A stretch of DNA of 64,000 nt from an uncultured Candidatus Micrarchaeota archaeon. GTDB taxonomy: Archaea > Micrarchaeota > Micrarchaeia > Micrarchaeales > Micrarchaeaceae. Under the pieces are notes generated by a model. That model worked only from the letters and a program-made list of their open reading frames with translations. It did not search any database and was not told the DNA's origin. Numbering within the stretch: the first letter of the stretch is position 1; each line of letters starts with the position of its first letter. The DNA lies in the NCBI GenBank assembly GCA_963741095.1, contig CAVUGN010000004.1:32001-96000 (forward strand). The letters run 5' to 3'. Both the position numbers and the translations under genes were made by a program. Of this stretch, positions 19,743 through 29,595 are shown piece after piece.

Positions 19743-20234
19743 TTGTCTAATATGAACAAGGGCAAGCTTTTCAAGCTCATCGCGGCGATACTCATCTGCG
19801 AGTTCGTGGGATTGTTGGGCTCGGTGTTCACTCTTTCTTCAATAACAACGTGGTACGCGACCCTGCACAAGCCGAGCTTCAGCCCGCCGAACTGGCTTTT
19901 CGGACCAGTTTGGACGCTGCTGTACGCGCTGATGGGTATCTCTGCATACCTGATCTGGGAAAAGGGCATCAAGGAGAACGGAGTAAAGCCCGCGCTCAAG
20001 CTGTTTTCGTTGCAGTTGATACTGAACTTCATGTGGACCATACTCTTTTTCGGGCTGAAATCCCCGTTGCTGGGCCTGATCTCCATATCCATACTGTGGA
20101 TTGCCATACTTGCAACCATACTAAAATTCTCAAAACTGTCGAAAAACGCCGCAACGCTGATGATACCATACATACTCTGGGTCAGCTTTGCTGCGATCCT
20201 GAATCTTGCCGTGTTGATGCTGAATCTTGCATGA
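19743..20234 (+). CDS. tspO: TspO/MBR tryptophan-rich sensory protein
   Basis: WYATLHKPSFSPPNWLFGPVWTLLY, PYILWVSFA. Confidence 0.96.
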   Translation: MSNMNKGKLFKLIAAILICEFVGLLGSVFTLSSITTWYATLHKPSFSPPNWLFGPVWTLLYALMGISAYLIWEKGIKENGVKPALKLFSLQLILNFMWTILFFGLKSPLLGLISISILWIAILATILKFSKLSKNAATLMIPYILWVSFAAILNLAVLMLNLA

Positions 20235-20277
20235 CAATCAAATGAAAATCCGATGAGAATGCGACCATCTTACTAGT

Positions 20278-21039
20278 GTGCCAATGAACGGTACATATTA
20301 CGATAAAATAGCCAAGAAATTTGGCGGCTACGGATACGGTGTCCGCCCAAAATATAAGACAGAATATCCCGATCTTGATCCCGAAAAAATTTTCAAGGAA
20401 AAATTGCTAGAATTAAGTTCAAAAAGTAAAACCGCGATTGATATCGGCTGCGCTGATGGCAAATTTACCATCTCTATAGCGCCGCATTTCAAAAGAGTGT
20501 ACGGGATCGATAATTCACGAATAAATCTAGACGTGGCAAAAAGCCACAACGAAGACGCAAGAAGCAAAAATGTCGAATACTCCTTCCAGAATGCGCAGCA
20601 TACCTCCTTTAAAGATTCCTTTTTTGATCTCGTATACTCCAGAAGAGGCCCATCATACCCCAAAGAGTATTACAGAATCCTCAAAACAAAAGGCTATTAC
20701 GTCTATATCAGTATAGGCGAAAAAGATACAATGGATCTAAAGAAAATATTCGGCAGGGGGCAAGATTATGGAAAATGGAACAAGTCGGCATTGAACGCGC
20801 GATTAATGGAACTCAAAGACCTCGGTTTCGCGGTCGTCTTTGCAGAGGATTTTTATTATAATGAATATTACCCTTCATATAAACAACTTGACTTATTCCT
20901 ACAAGGTGTTCCTATTTTTGAGGATTTCGATTCGGAAAAAGACAAAAATAAGTTGCAAAAATACGTTGAAAAGTTTTCAACCGATAAAGGAATACTCCTT
21001 CCGCGCCATAGATTTGTTTTCGTCGTCCAAAAGTTATAG
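20278..21039 (+). CDS. Class I SAM-dependent methyltransferase (AT-rich gene)
   Basis: IDIGCADG motif I; FDLVYSRRGP. Confidence 0.9.
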   Translation: MPMNGTYYDKIAKKFGGYGYGVRPKYKTEYPDLDPEKIFKEKLLELSSKSKTAIDIGCADGKFTISIAPHFKRVYGIDNSRINLDVAKSHNEDARSKNVEYSFQNAQHTSFKDSFFDLVYSRRGPSYPKEYYRILKTKGYYVYISIGEKDTMDLKKIFGRGQDYGKWNKSALNARLMELKDLGFAVVFAEDFYYNEYYPSYKQLDLFLQGVPIFEDFDSEKDKNKLQKYVEKFSTDKGILLPRHRFVFVVQKL

Positions 21040-21052
21040 ACGACTTAGCCGA

Positions 21053-21328
21053 CTAGCTCAGACGTTTGATTATGTGATAACCAAATTGGGTCTTCACTAT
21101 CCCTGACACTTGACCCTTCTCAAGCGCGAACGCCGCCTGCTCGAACTCCTTCACCATCATGCCCTTCCCGAACTCTCCCAGGTCCCCTCCGTGCTTCCTC
21201 GAGCCATCAATCGAGTACTGCTCAGCCATCTTCGCGAAGCTCTCGCCGTTGTTGATCTTCTGCAGCACCTCCTGGGCCACAGACAGCTTCTCCACAAGTA
21301 TGTGCGCGCACCTTATTTTGTTGGACAT
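21053..21328 (-). CDS. ppiC: Parvulin-type peptidyl-prolyl isomerase
   Basis: CAHILV, GGDLGEF, MVKEFEQAAF, KTQFGYHII. Confidence 0.96.
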   Translation of the reverse strand: MSNKIRCAHILVEKLSVAQEVLQKINNGESFAKMAEQYSIDGSRKHGGDLGEFGKGMMVKEFEQAAFALEKGQVSGIVKTQFGYHIIKRLS

Positions 21329-21337
21329 AGAATCACA

Positions 21338-21412
21338 TGGTGGGCTCGAGGAGAATCGAACTCCTGGTCTTTACCTTGTGAAGGTAACGTCTTACCACTC
21401 GACTACGAGCCC
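21338..21412 (-). tRNA. tRNA-Val(CAC), CCA encoded
   Basis: GGGCTCG/CGAGCCC-ACCA; TTACC-TTCACAA-GGTAA; AGGAG-TTCGATT-CTCCT. Confidence 0.97.
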
Positions 21413-21462
21413 CTACAATGAAATGTTTATTAAAGATTAATAATGTTATTTAATGGGTTCTT

Positions 21463-22008
21463 ATGGCGTACTACACTGGCGCGGGCGACTGCGGCTGCAC
21501 CGGCACTCTGGGAAAAGCCAGGCTGGGAAAGAACGACAGGCTCATAGTCGCGATAGGAGACATCGACGAACTGAACAGCGCCATAGGCATCGCCATAACC
21601 TCGCTCACTGAAAAGCACGTGTCGAACATGCTCATGCACGTGCAGAACAATCTTTTCATTGTAGGGGCGGAGCTTGCCGCTTCGCTCAATGGCACGGATT
21701 CTGCGCTCAAGGAACGCATAAACAAGCAGAAGGTAAAGGGGCTCGAGAAAGCGATAGACGAACTCGGCGCCACCTTCCCGGAACCGAAGAAGTTCGTGCT
21801 TCCAGGCGGATCTGACGGCGCGGCTCATCTTCATCTCGCAAGAGCGGTGTGTCGAAGGGCGGAGCGCTCGGTGATCGGCGCAAAATCCGAGGCGAAGATA
21901 AACGACGAGCTTTTGAAATACCTCAACAGATTGTCGTCGTTCCTTTTCGTTGCTGCTTTGCACGCGAACAGCAAAGAAGGTGTAGAAGAAAGACATCCAG
22001 TGTACTGA
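21463..22008 (+). CDS. PduO-type cob(I)alamin adenosyltransferase
   Basis: YTGAGD.G.T, GDIDELNSAIG, FVLPGG, ARAVCRRAER, YLNRLSSFLF. Confidence 0.93.
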   Translation: MAYYTGAGDCGCTGTLGKARLGKNDRLIVAIGDIDELNSAIGIAITSLTEKHVSNMLMHVQNNLFIVGAELAASLNGTDSALKERINKQKVKGLEKAIDELGATFPEPKKFVLPGGSDGAAHLHLARAVCRRAERSVIGAKSEAKINDELLKYLNRLSSFLFVAALHANSKEGVEERHPVY

Positions 22009-22494
22009 TCAAAGGTTGAAGTACTCCCTGAATTTCTGCGTTGTCTCAATTTTTTTCGTCCTGCCGACCCTTGTCGCCTTGACGAAATCTTTTTCTGTGA
22101 GCTCCTTCACGTGATCGTATATTGAGCTGCCGAAGGCCTTCACCAGCGCGCTCTGCATAACCGGCTCGTTCTTTCCAACATAAGCCAATATCCTGAGCGA
22201 GCTCTTCGATATGTCCGGGGCTCCGGCAAGGGTGTTGACCTTGCCTATGTAATCATTCTTGACGCCTAGCAGGTACTTGTCCCCTATCCTCGATACCACG
22301 AGCGCGCAGTTCCTTGCCTCGTAGTCGCTAACCAGCTCGTTCATGACCGTTTTGACATAACCCACTCCCGCAAGGCCCATGATGCCGCCGAGCTCCTCGG
22401 CGCTCATCGCCCTGCCTGAGGTGAAGAGCGCGGCTTCCGCTATCCTTTTGTACTCCTCGCTCCTCTTCTCATCTGCCACTACCCTCACTCTCAA
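22009..22494 (-). CDS. scpB: Segregation/condensation protein B
   Basis: EAALF, LRILAYV...EPVMQS, TTQKFREYF; adjacent to scpA. Confidence 0.92.
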   Translation of the reverse strand: MRVRVVADEKRSEEYKRIAEAALFTSGRAMSAEELGGIMGLAGVGYVKTVMNELVSDYEARNCALVVSRIGDKYLLGVKNDYIGKVNTLAGAPDISKSSLRILAYVGKNEPVMQSALVKAFGSSIYDHVKELTEKDFVKATRVGRTKKIETTQKFREYFNL

Positions 22495-23221
22495 GCTTTA
22501 TGAATATCTCGTTGAAGAACTCCTCCTGCATAAGCATGACCTTCTTCATGTGCGCAAGGAACAGCAGCGGCACGAAAAGGTCGAGCAGCATGCTCTCCAT
22601 GTTGCCGAAGCCGCTTGAGACTCGCGCGAAGGTGGTCACCCCCTCGCGATCCGCGCTCTTCTTCACCAGTCCAAAAGCGGCGTCAATCTTCTCGTCTATG
22701 TCATCCTTGCTAAGTACCAGCCTGTCCATGAGTGGCACGAATCTTTCATGCTCTATCGTCTCGCGCTTGCTGCTTGTCTTTATCGCATCGTCAAGCGCAG
22801 CCATAAGCTCGTTGAGCGATATCTTCCTGCCCGGCTGCATCCTCATCCTTGGCAGCAGCTCAGGCACCTCCGGAGTTATTCTGCCCTGAACCATCTCCGG
22901 TACTTCCTCAACAACAGGTTCGGCGAAAATGCCCATGTTCTCGCTCTTCATTCTAAGCAGTATGGAAGCGGCAAGCATTATGTTCGAAGGAACGTGCAGG
23001 TCCATGACCCGCATCTCCTTGACTATCGCCATGTAGCTGTCAACGACCTTCGAGAGGTCTATGTCCCAGGGATCCAGCCTGTTGGTCTCGACAAGCTCTA
23101 TGAGCAGTTCGCGCCAAGTGGCGTTGCTGACAAGGGACTCCAGGTCTATGCCCTTCTCGGTTCCCTGCCTGTAGGTGCTGATGCTGGCTTCTACTAGTGA
23201 TGCCATTGGCACACTTTCCAT
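22469..23221 (-). CDS. scpA: Segregation/condensation protein A (kleisin)
   Basis: LDPWDIDL, AASILLRMKS, FVPLLFL, QEEFFNEI. Confidence 0.92.
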   Translation of the reverse strand: MESVPMASLVEASISTYRQGTEKGIDLESLVSNATWRELLIELVETNRLDPWDIDLSKVVDSYMAIVKEMRVMDLHVPSNIMLAASILLRMKSENMGIFAEPVVEEVPEMVQGRITPEVPELLPRMRMQPGRKISLNELMAALDDAIKTSSKRETIEHERFVPLMDRLVLSKDDIDEKIDAAFGLVKKSADREGVTTFARVSSGFGNMESMLLDLFVPLLFLAHMKKVMLMQEEFFNEIFIKLESEGSGR

Positions 23222-23263
23222 GAAGATGGTCGTTAAACAGTGTAAGGCAAAATATTTATTCCT

Positions 23264-24166
23264 TCAGTACATCTTCTCGAGTATCGCTATCCTTTCATCG
23301 ATCGGCGGGTGAGTCGAGAAAAGCCCCATCACGCTCTGCTTTGTGAACGGGTTCGCGAAATACATCGACGCGGTGACCTCGTTCGCGTGCCTCACGCTCT
23401 GCGCGTTAGGGTTCGCAGAATAGGCCTTCAGCTTCCTTAGCGCGCTCGCAAGCGCTCCAGGATCCCTTGTAATCCTTGCGCCGTTCGCGTCGGCCATGTA
23501 CTCTCTCTTCCTTGATATCGCGAGCCTTATCAGCAGCGCGAAGAACGGGGCCAGCAGCCCAACCACAAACGCAAGCAGCAGTATTATTGCGGATCCCTCG
23601 TTCTTTCTGCCTCCCCCAAGATTGCCGCCGAAAAGGAGCATGTTGCGCATCAGAACGGCCACAAGACCGATAACTCCGGCAAACGCAATCGCTATAGTCA
23701 TGACCTGCACGTCGTTGTCCGCGACGTGCGATATCTCGTGGGCTATCACGCCCTGCAGCTCCTGCTTGTTCATCATTTGCAACAGGCCGCTTGTGACTGC
23801 CACGCACGGCGCGCTGTGCTTGCCCGTCGCAAAAGCGTTCGGATTAGGATCGTCTATTATGTAGATCTTCGGCATCTTTATCTGCGTCGCGAGCGCCAGC
23901 CCCTCCACGACAGAATAGAGCGTGGGGTACTGCTTCTGATCCGCTTCCTTTGCCCTTGACACTGCCAAAACGACCTTGCTGCCGAACTGGTAAGTCAACA
24001 ACGCGTATATCGCCACGAGCACCAGCCCGAAGGCGAAGGCAAAAAGGCCGCCGCCGAACAGGACGACGACCGCGTATATGACTAAAGCGAACAGCATGCC
24101 GAACAGTAGCATCAGAATCAGGGACTTTACCTGGTTCTTGGCTATCTCGTCAAAGAAGCTTGCCAT
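23264..24166 (-). CDS. htpX: M48 zinc metalloprotease HtpX
   Basis: PNAFATG, AHEISH, SRKREYMAD, STHPP. Confidence 0.95.
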   Translation of the reverse strand: MASFFDEIAKNQVKSLILMLLFGMLFALVIYAVVVLFGGGLFAFAFGLVLVAIYALLTYQFGSKVVLAVSRAKEADQKQYPTLYSVVEGLALATQIKMPKIYIIDDPNPNAFATGKHSAPCVAVTSGLLQMMNKQELQGVIAHEISHVADNDVQVMTIAIAFAGVIGLVAVLMRNMLLFGGNLGGGRKNEGSAIILLLAFVVGLLAPFFALLIRLAISRKREYMADANGARITRDPGALASALRKLKAYSANPNAQSVRHANEVTASMYFANPFTKQSVMGLFSTHPPIDERIAILEKMY

Positions 24167-24172
24167 TGCAGT

Positions 24173-24802
24173 TCACTTCTTGCTGGCCTTTGGCGCGGCC
24201 TTCTTCGGCGCACTTGGTGCGCTGCCGGTGGCATCGTCGCTGGTCAGGTCGACTTTCACCGGTTCAGCCGCCTCTTCCGGAGCCTTGAAGAAGTCCGTAG
24301 CCTTGAAGCCGAACATGTTTGCGAAGATGTTGCCTGGGAACTGCTGTATGGCATTGTTGTAATCCAAGACGTAATCGTTGTACGAGGTCCTGACGAACGA
24401 TATCTTGTCCTCAGTGTTCGACAGCTCGTCCTCCAGATTCTTGTAAGTATCAGATGCCTTCAGGTCCGGATAGTTCTCCGCTACCGCGAAGATGCTCTTC
24501 AGTGCTGCGCTGAGCTGGTTGTTCGCAGCAGCCTTGTCCTGCACCGATCCTGTCACTATCGAGCTCCTAAGCTGTGTTATCTGCGTTAGAGTGCTCTTCT
24601 CGTACTTCATGTAGCCCTTGACCGTCTCGACCAGGTTGGGTATCAGGTCGTATCTCCTCTTCAATTGAACGTCGATTTGCGCCAGCGCGTCCTGGACCCT
24701 GTTCCTCTTCGATATCAGCCCGTTGTACGTCCCGTAGACGATTATTCCGAGCACTATGATGATCGCTCCAATCCAAAGCCCTATGCTATCAAGTACGGAC
24801 AT
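24173..24802 (-). CDS. lemA: LemA family protein
   Basis: IDVQLKRRYDLIPNLVETVKGY, AENYPDLKA. Confidence 0.96.
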   Translation of the reverse strand: MSVLDSIGLWIGAIIIVLGIIVYGTYNGLISKRNRVQDALAQIDVQLKRRYDLIPNLVETVKGYMKYEKSTLTQITQLRSSIVTGSVQDKAAANNQLSAALKSIFAVAENYPDLKASDTYKNLEDELSNTEDKISFVRTSYNDYVLDYNNAIQQFPGNIFANMFGFKATDFFKAPEEAAEPVKVDLTSDDATGSAPSAPKKAAPKASKK

Positions 24803-24859
24803 GTTATCGCTTACAATTTAGGCAATATAAGTATAAATTGGTAACTATACTCATCGCTT

Positions 24860-25909
24860 TTATTTCCCACCAATTTTCTCAATTCCGAAGTCGATCACAA
24901 CCTCAACGTCCTTGGCCGAGTATGGTCTCACAATCCTATGACCAAGCATTCTGGTTCTGTATCCTTTGGCTTTTGCATGGTCCTTGATCATGCCCCACGA
25001 ATCCGCAAGAACGCTATCCGTCTTGCCGAAGACGTACAAGTGTATCACAGACTTTCTCTTCGCCATTGCGATAACCGGATCGAGAAACTTCAGGCTTACG
25101 GTGGGCATTGGCACGATTATCCGGTCAGCATAACTGGCGTACTCTCCGAAAACTTTCCTGACGTCCCCCAATTTCGCCTTGGCGTTCTGCGTCTTGTTGG
25201 ATTTTATGTTGTACTTCATCGCGTCGTACGCGTGCCTGTTCGGCTCGATTCCGACAACGCTTGCACCAGGATGCTTTTTCGCAATCTCTATCACGAACGG
25301 GCCCACGCCTGCACCCACCACTATCACATGTTCCCTATCGTGCACCAGAGAAGCCATCCTGGACCGCTCGAAAGAAAGTTTGCTTGAGAAGAAGACCTTA
25401 CGGACATCGAATCTGAACACGCAACCGTTCTCTTTGTAATCTGCAATGTAACTACTCGCGCCTGCGATGTGCCTAAACCGCCTCTTCCTGTAGATCCCGT
25501 AGACTCCTCCGACCTTTGCCAGGACCGTCCTGACTCTCGGGTTCGCCGCGATGAGCGCCTTCGCAATAACCTTTTCCTTCTTCTTCAATTCGTCCGACAT
25601 CTCAATAATGGCTATGTTCCCCAGAAGCTCGTACCCTCTTGAAAGCTGTTCCTTCTCCTTGCGGCCCAGAATCCTATCCAGCGCCTCTTGGTAATCAACC
25701 CTGGCAGATATTTTCGCGCCCCTCATCTCGACCAGCTCTATTCCGGACCTAGAGATAAGCTTTTTAGCTTTTGCATCAGTATCTATAACTGGAAAATAGA
25801 CATAGCTGCGGCTATGCACGGTCTCCCTCGACCTGTCGAAAACACCAAGGCCTGACAGAAGCCTTCTTGCATCCTCGGCATGCCTCTCTGAGATCTTCGC
25901 ATACCTCAT
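24860..25909 (-). CDS. Trm5/TYW2-family tRNA methyltransferase
   Basis: ELLGNIAI, KENGCVF..DVRKVFFS..LSFER, GAGVGPF. Confidence 0.88.
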   Translation of the reverse strand: MRYAKISERHAEDARRLLSGLGVFDRSRETVHSRSYVYFPVIDTDAKAKKLISRSGIELVEMRGAKISARVDYQEALDRILGRKEKEQLSRGYELLGNIAIIEMSDELKKKEKVIAKALIAANPRVRTVLAKVGGVYGIYRKRRFRHIAGASSYIADYKENGCVFRFDVRKVFFSSKLSFERSRMASLVHDREHVIVVGAGVGPFVIEIAKKHPGASVVGIEPNRHAYDAMKYNIKSNKTQNAKAKLGDVRKVFGEYASYADRIIVPMPTVSLKFLDPVIAMAKRKSVIHLYVFGKTDSVLADSWGMIKDHAKAKGYRTRMLGHRIVRPYSAKDVEVVIDFGIEKIGGK

Positions 25910-25969
25910 AAATTCATCTTGAGCAAGGAAAGATTTAATACTTTCAAGAACTCATGTTTAAGTGATATT

Positions 25970-26416
25970 GTGTATTTCGTCGTAAAAGTGACTGCCGGCC
26001 AGGAGCGCATCGCAGCGAACATGCTGCAGAACAAGATAACGCCTCAGGAATCCCCGATATATTCAATTCTTGTCGTGGAGGGCTTCCGCGGCTACATAAT
26101 AGTCGAGGCGGAGAGCGAGCTCTCGATAAGGCAGTTCATAACCAAGGGAAGGAACATACGCGGCGTGCTGCCGAAGCCGCTCAGCGAGGAGGAGCTGGGC
26201 AAGCTGATAGCGGTCAGGGGCAAGGCCGCCGGAATAGAGAAGGGTGACATAGTCGAGTTCACCAGCGGGCCCTTCAAGGGCTACAAGGCCAAGGCGCTGA
26301 AGGTGGACGAGATGAAGGATGAGGTCACTGTCGAACTTATGGACGTTGTAGTGCCGATACCGATAACGACGAAGATGAACACGGCGAAGGTAATACAAAG
26401 AGCAAACAAGATGTAG
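25970..26416 (+). CDS. spt5: Transcription elongation factor Spt5/NusG
   Basis: VKVTAGQE, GYIIVEA, KOW motif GDIVEFTSGPFKG; GTG start after a GTGA RBS. Confidence 0.95.
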   Translation: MYFVVKVTAGQERIAANMLQNKITPQESPIYSILVVEGFRGYIIVEAESELSIRQFITKGRNIRGVLPKPLSEEELGKLIAVRGKAAGIEKGDIVEFTSGPFKGYKAKALKVDEMKDEVTVELMDVVVPIPITTKMNTAKVIQRANKM

Positions 26417-26423
26417 TGATTGT

Positions 26424-26891
26424 ATGAGCGAAACGATAATATCCGGGCTAGTTGAAGGGGGCAAGGCAACCGGCGGTCCGCCGTTCGGCCCCGCACTGGG
26501 TCCTTTGGGCGTCAACATCAACGGGATAGTCGCCGAGATAAACGAGAAGACCAAGCCATTCGCTGGCATAAAGGTGCCGGTGAAGGTCATTGTCGACACG
26601 ACCACGAAGACCTTCAAGATAGAGGTCGGAGCGCCACCAACGAGCGCGATGATAATGAAGGAACTTGGCATATCCACTGGCGCGAAGGTGAAGGACGAGA
26701 TTGTAGGCAACCTGACACTAGACCAGTTGAAGAACGTAGTCAAGTCAAAGGAGGCAAAGCTCTACGGGAAGAGCACCGCCGAGCGCGCGAAGCAGGTCCT
26801 CGGGACATGCAAGAGCATGGGCGTCAAGTGCGAGAACGAGGACCCCCGGGAGATAATAAAGAAGATAAACAGCGGGGAAATCAAGCTGTGA
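26424..26891 (+). CDS. rpl11: 50S ribosomal protein uL11
   Basis: GGKATGGPPFGPALGPLG, GTCKSMGV. Confidence 0.97.
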   Translation: MSETIISGLVEGGKATGGPPFGPALGPLGVNINGIVAEINEKTKPFAGIKVPVKVIVDTTTKTFKIEVGAPPTSAMIMKELGISTGAKVKDEIVGNLTLDQLKNVVKSKEAKLYGKSTAERAKQVLGTCKSMGVKCENEDPREIIKKINSGEIKL

Positions 26892-26895
26892 GCCC

Positions 26896-27561
26896 ATGGA
26901 GGGCGCGAACCCGTCCCTGATCTACAAAAAGCTTAGGTCGAGGTTCGGCTTCCTGGACTGGTGGCCCGGCGACACGAAGTTCGAGATATTCGTCGGGGCC
27001 ATACTCACACAGCAGACCTCCTGGAAGAACGTGGAAAAGGCCATAGATAACCTGAAGAGCGCAGGCTGCCTCGATTTCGACAAGATATCAACGATGAGAG
27101 TGGCAACTCTCGAATCCTTGATAAAGCCGAGCGGTTTCTACAGGCAGAAGGCAAGAAGGCTCATCGGAATATGCCGATCCATAAAAAGGGATTACGGCTC
27201 ATTGAAAAGGCTATTCAGCTTGGAAGAGAGCGAGCTCAGGAAAGTACTTTTATCCTACAACGGCATAGGCAACGAGACCGCGGATTCGATAATCCTATAC
27301 GCCGCAGAGAAGCCGATCTTCGTGATAGACGCATACACGAAGAGGGCGATGCACAGGATAGACCCCAGAATAAAGGAAGAGATAAGTTACGACCAGCTGC
27401 AGAGCTATTTCGAAAGCAGGCTGGAAAAGAACCTGGAGCTGTACGGCGACATGCACGCGCAGTTCGTCGAGCTGGGGAAGCGTTATTGCAGGACGAAGCC
27501 CGCCTGCGCAGAATGCCCGCTGAACGATTTGTGCGAGCACGGCATCCGTGCGGTGGCATAA
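26896..27561 (+). CDS. Endonuclease III-domain (HhH-GPD) protein with 4Fe-4S motif
   Basis: WWPG, GAILTQQTSWKNV, GIGNETADSI, C-x6-C-x2-C-x5-C. Confidence 0.92.
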   Translation: MEGANPSLIYKKLRSRFGFLDWWPGDTKFEIFVGAILTQQTSWKNVEKAIDNLKSAGCLDFDKISTMRVATLESLIKPSGFYRQKARRLIGICRSIKRDYGSLKRLFSLEESELRKVLLSYNGIGNETADSIILYAAEKPIFVIDAYTKRAMHRIDPRIKEEISYDQLQSYFESRLEKNLELYGDMHAQFVELGKRYCRTKPACAECPLNDLCEHGIRAVA

Positions 27562-27627
27562 GGACGTCAAACGTCCAACCACTATAAAAAGGGCTAAATA
27601 TCTGATAAGGCGCTATAATCACTGTAA

Positions 27628-28995
27628 ATGGTTGATGCTATGGCAAGCAAAACAACGGTTATAGACGGCGCTGCTCCAGTGTCCACTTCAATGCCAATTA
27701 ACATATCCGATGCAAGAAAAACCTCTGGCGACGAACAGAAAAACGCAACTGCCACGGTGAAGAGGCTTGTGGACGAGGTGCTAAGGATACAGGGCGCATT
27801 CAAGGGCTACGACCTCTCGACCATAACGAACGAGAAGCTCAAGGCAATATTAGAACTAGACGTGAAGAAGGCGGTAAAAGATTGGCTGGAGGAGGGGGAC
27901 ACGAACGTTCTAAACGGGAAGACGACCCCGTTAACTCACGAAAAGCAGAGCGTAACCAAAATGAAGGAGACATGGGACGAACAATGGAATGCAAAGTATG
28001 CCACGCTGGATCCCACACTATCCACTGTCATCAAGGAAGTGAAGGTCGACAGTCCAACCGAGTTACACAACGAGCTTTATGCGTTGATGAAATCGAGCAA
28101 AAAAGAGGCAGACTTCCTCATGACGGGCAGGAATCCGTCCATGCTATCCGAGATATGGTCCACACCGTTCACGGATCTACGCTATGATTCTTACGAAATG
28201 CGGCAATACCTAAGCAAGGTAAGCCACTCCGGCTCTCCATCGCAATTCACCCGCGCTGTCTACAAAACCGGACAGCTGCTGTCGGCAAAGAGCCTTGACG
28301 AGCAGATGAGAAAAATCCTGGAAACGCTGCCTGACGTTAACAGGCTACATGATGGCGTGGTCCGCTTGGAAGAGTCAATAGTCCAGCTCAGGCTGCCGGA
28401 CGTGGCATTCGACAAGAGGGCACCGGACGACAAGCGGGTCCTGACCCCTGCTGAAATGCGGGAGTTCATCAAGGGTGAAATGGATGCAGGCATGGACAAC
28501 ATAGGCGTCATACGGAAGTACGGCGTACTGTTCGGGGAAGAGAAGGGAGCCACGGCGGCCGGCACCGCAAAGTCCGGAAGCGCAAACGGGACTTACAATT
28601 CCAGCATCCAGGCCTGGGGAATGGCTATGGGCGCATGGTGGACGTCTGCACAGACTCGTCTGGCAACGCCAACCAAAGAAGAAATGGACGCCATCAACCA
28701 GAGACTCAATATTCTAGCCGCGGCGAACAAAGAGGGAAAAGAGAAAGCCGCCATAGAACTGTGGGGCGAGCTGAACAAATTCTGGCTCATGCACACCAAA
28801 ACGATAGCCGAAGCAGACCGGGCGCGTGTGGTGGCTGAGACCGCGCCCGTCAAAACAATGGAGGACGTGGAAAAAATGTGGCGGCGCAGCATGGACATCT
28901 ACGAATCGTTCATGAAGAATCAGCAGGCGAACCCACCGCCAAAATCAAAAAGAGACGATGAGAACGGTTACCAGGAGCCGCCACCTAAACCTTAA
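27628..28995 (+). CDS. Hypothetical helical protein
   Basis: 455-aa ORF with upstream TATAAAA; no recognised motif. Confidence 0.75.
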   Translation: MVDAMASKTTVIDGAAPVSTSMPINISDARKTSGDEQKNATATVKRLVDEVLRIQGAFKGYDLSTITNEKLKAILELDVKKAVKDWLEEGDTNVLNGKTTPLTHEKQSVTKMKETWDEQWNAKYATLDPTLSTVIKEVKVDSPTELHNELYALMKSSKKEADFLMTGRNPSMLSEIWSTPFTDLRYDSYEMRQYLSKVSHSGSPSQFTRAVYKTGQLLSAKSLDEQMRKILETLPDVNRLHDGVVRLEESIVQLRLPDVAFDKRAPDDKRVLTPAEMREFIKGEMDAGMDNIGVIRKYGVLFGEEKGATAAGTAKSGSANGTYNSSIQAWGMAMGAWWTSAQTRLATPTKEEMDAINQRLNILAAANKEGKEKAAIELWGELNKFWLMHTKTIAEADRARVVAETAPVKTMEDVEKMWRRSMDIYESFMKNQQANPPPKSKRDDENGYQEPPPKP

Positions 28996-29065
28996 ACAAC
29001 CTGACGGCTCTTCAGTAATCGGACTGTTCTACTTCGCCGGCAGCGCGTTCTGAAGAATTGCTAGT

Positions 29066-29473
29066 TCATTTCCTAAGTACGGCCTTTATCTCGCTTGTGA
29101 GCCTGTGGATTTTTTCCACTTCCTCCTTCTCCTGCGCGGTTTCCTCGCCGCCGTGGTTGGCTATGTTGTCTTCTATGGCCTCAAGCATCTCCAACCATTC
29201 CTCCGCTTCTTCTTTCATCAGCTCCACTACCGCCCTGTCCGTGGAGAAAAGATCGAGGAGCTTCAGCAGCTTCTGCTTGTCGGTTATCTCCTCGCTGCCC
29301 TGAAGCCTTTCCTTTATGTGCTCCCTGAGCGTCTTTATATCCTCAAGTGTCAGGTCCTTGTTCTCGGCTATCAGGCTGTCCAGGCTCTTCACGAAATTGA
29401 GCATCGCCTCGTGCAGGCTGCCGAAAAGGTTGCTCAGCGTGACATTCTTTATGCCGTCCATCAGCCCTGCCAT
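29066..29473 (-). CDS. Hypothetical acidic helical protein
   Basis: ORF with host-like codon usage and an upstream TTTATAA/TTTAAA region. Confidence 0.75.
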   Translation of the reverse strand: MAGLMDGIKNVTLSNLFGSLHEAMLNFVKSLDSLIAENKDLTLEDIKTLREHIKERLQGSEEITDKQKLLKLLDLFSTDRAVVELMKEEAEEWLEMLEAIEDNIANHGGEETAQEKEEVEKIHRLTSEIKAVLRK

Positions 29474-29595
29474 TGCATCATCTACATCTACGCTTCGTTT
29501 AAAAAGTATTTATAACCCAATCATTTTATTGCACACGCGGTATTGCGCAATACTTATTTAAGATTTCGTTGCAATCATAATACGGAGGTGATAGC

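Noticed and set aside
21338-21412. Similarity between the two tRNA-Val genes as a possible att duplication
   Set aside because: Both are complete isoacceptors with different anticodons and opposite orientation.
23264-24802. lemA-htpX pairing
   Set aside because: A widespread, well-known gene pair.
29009-29056. TCTTCAG/CTGAAGA inverted repeat between convergent genes
   Set aside because: Only 7 bp with a poorly paired interior; could be chance.
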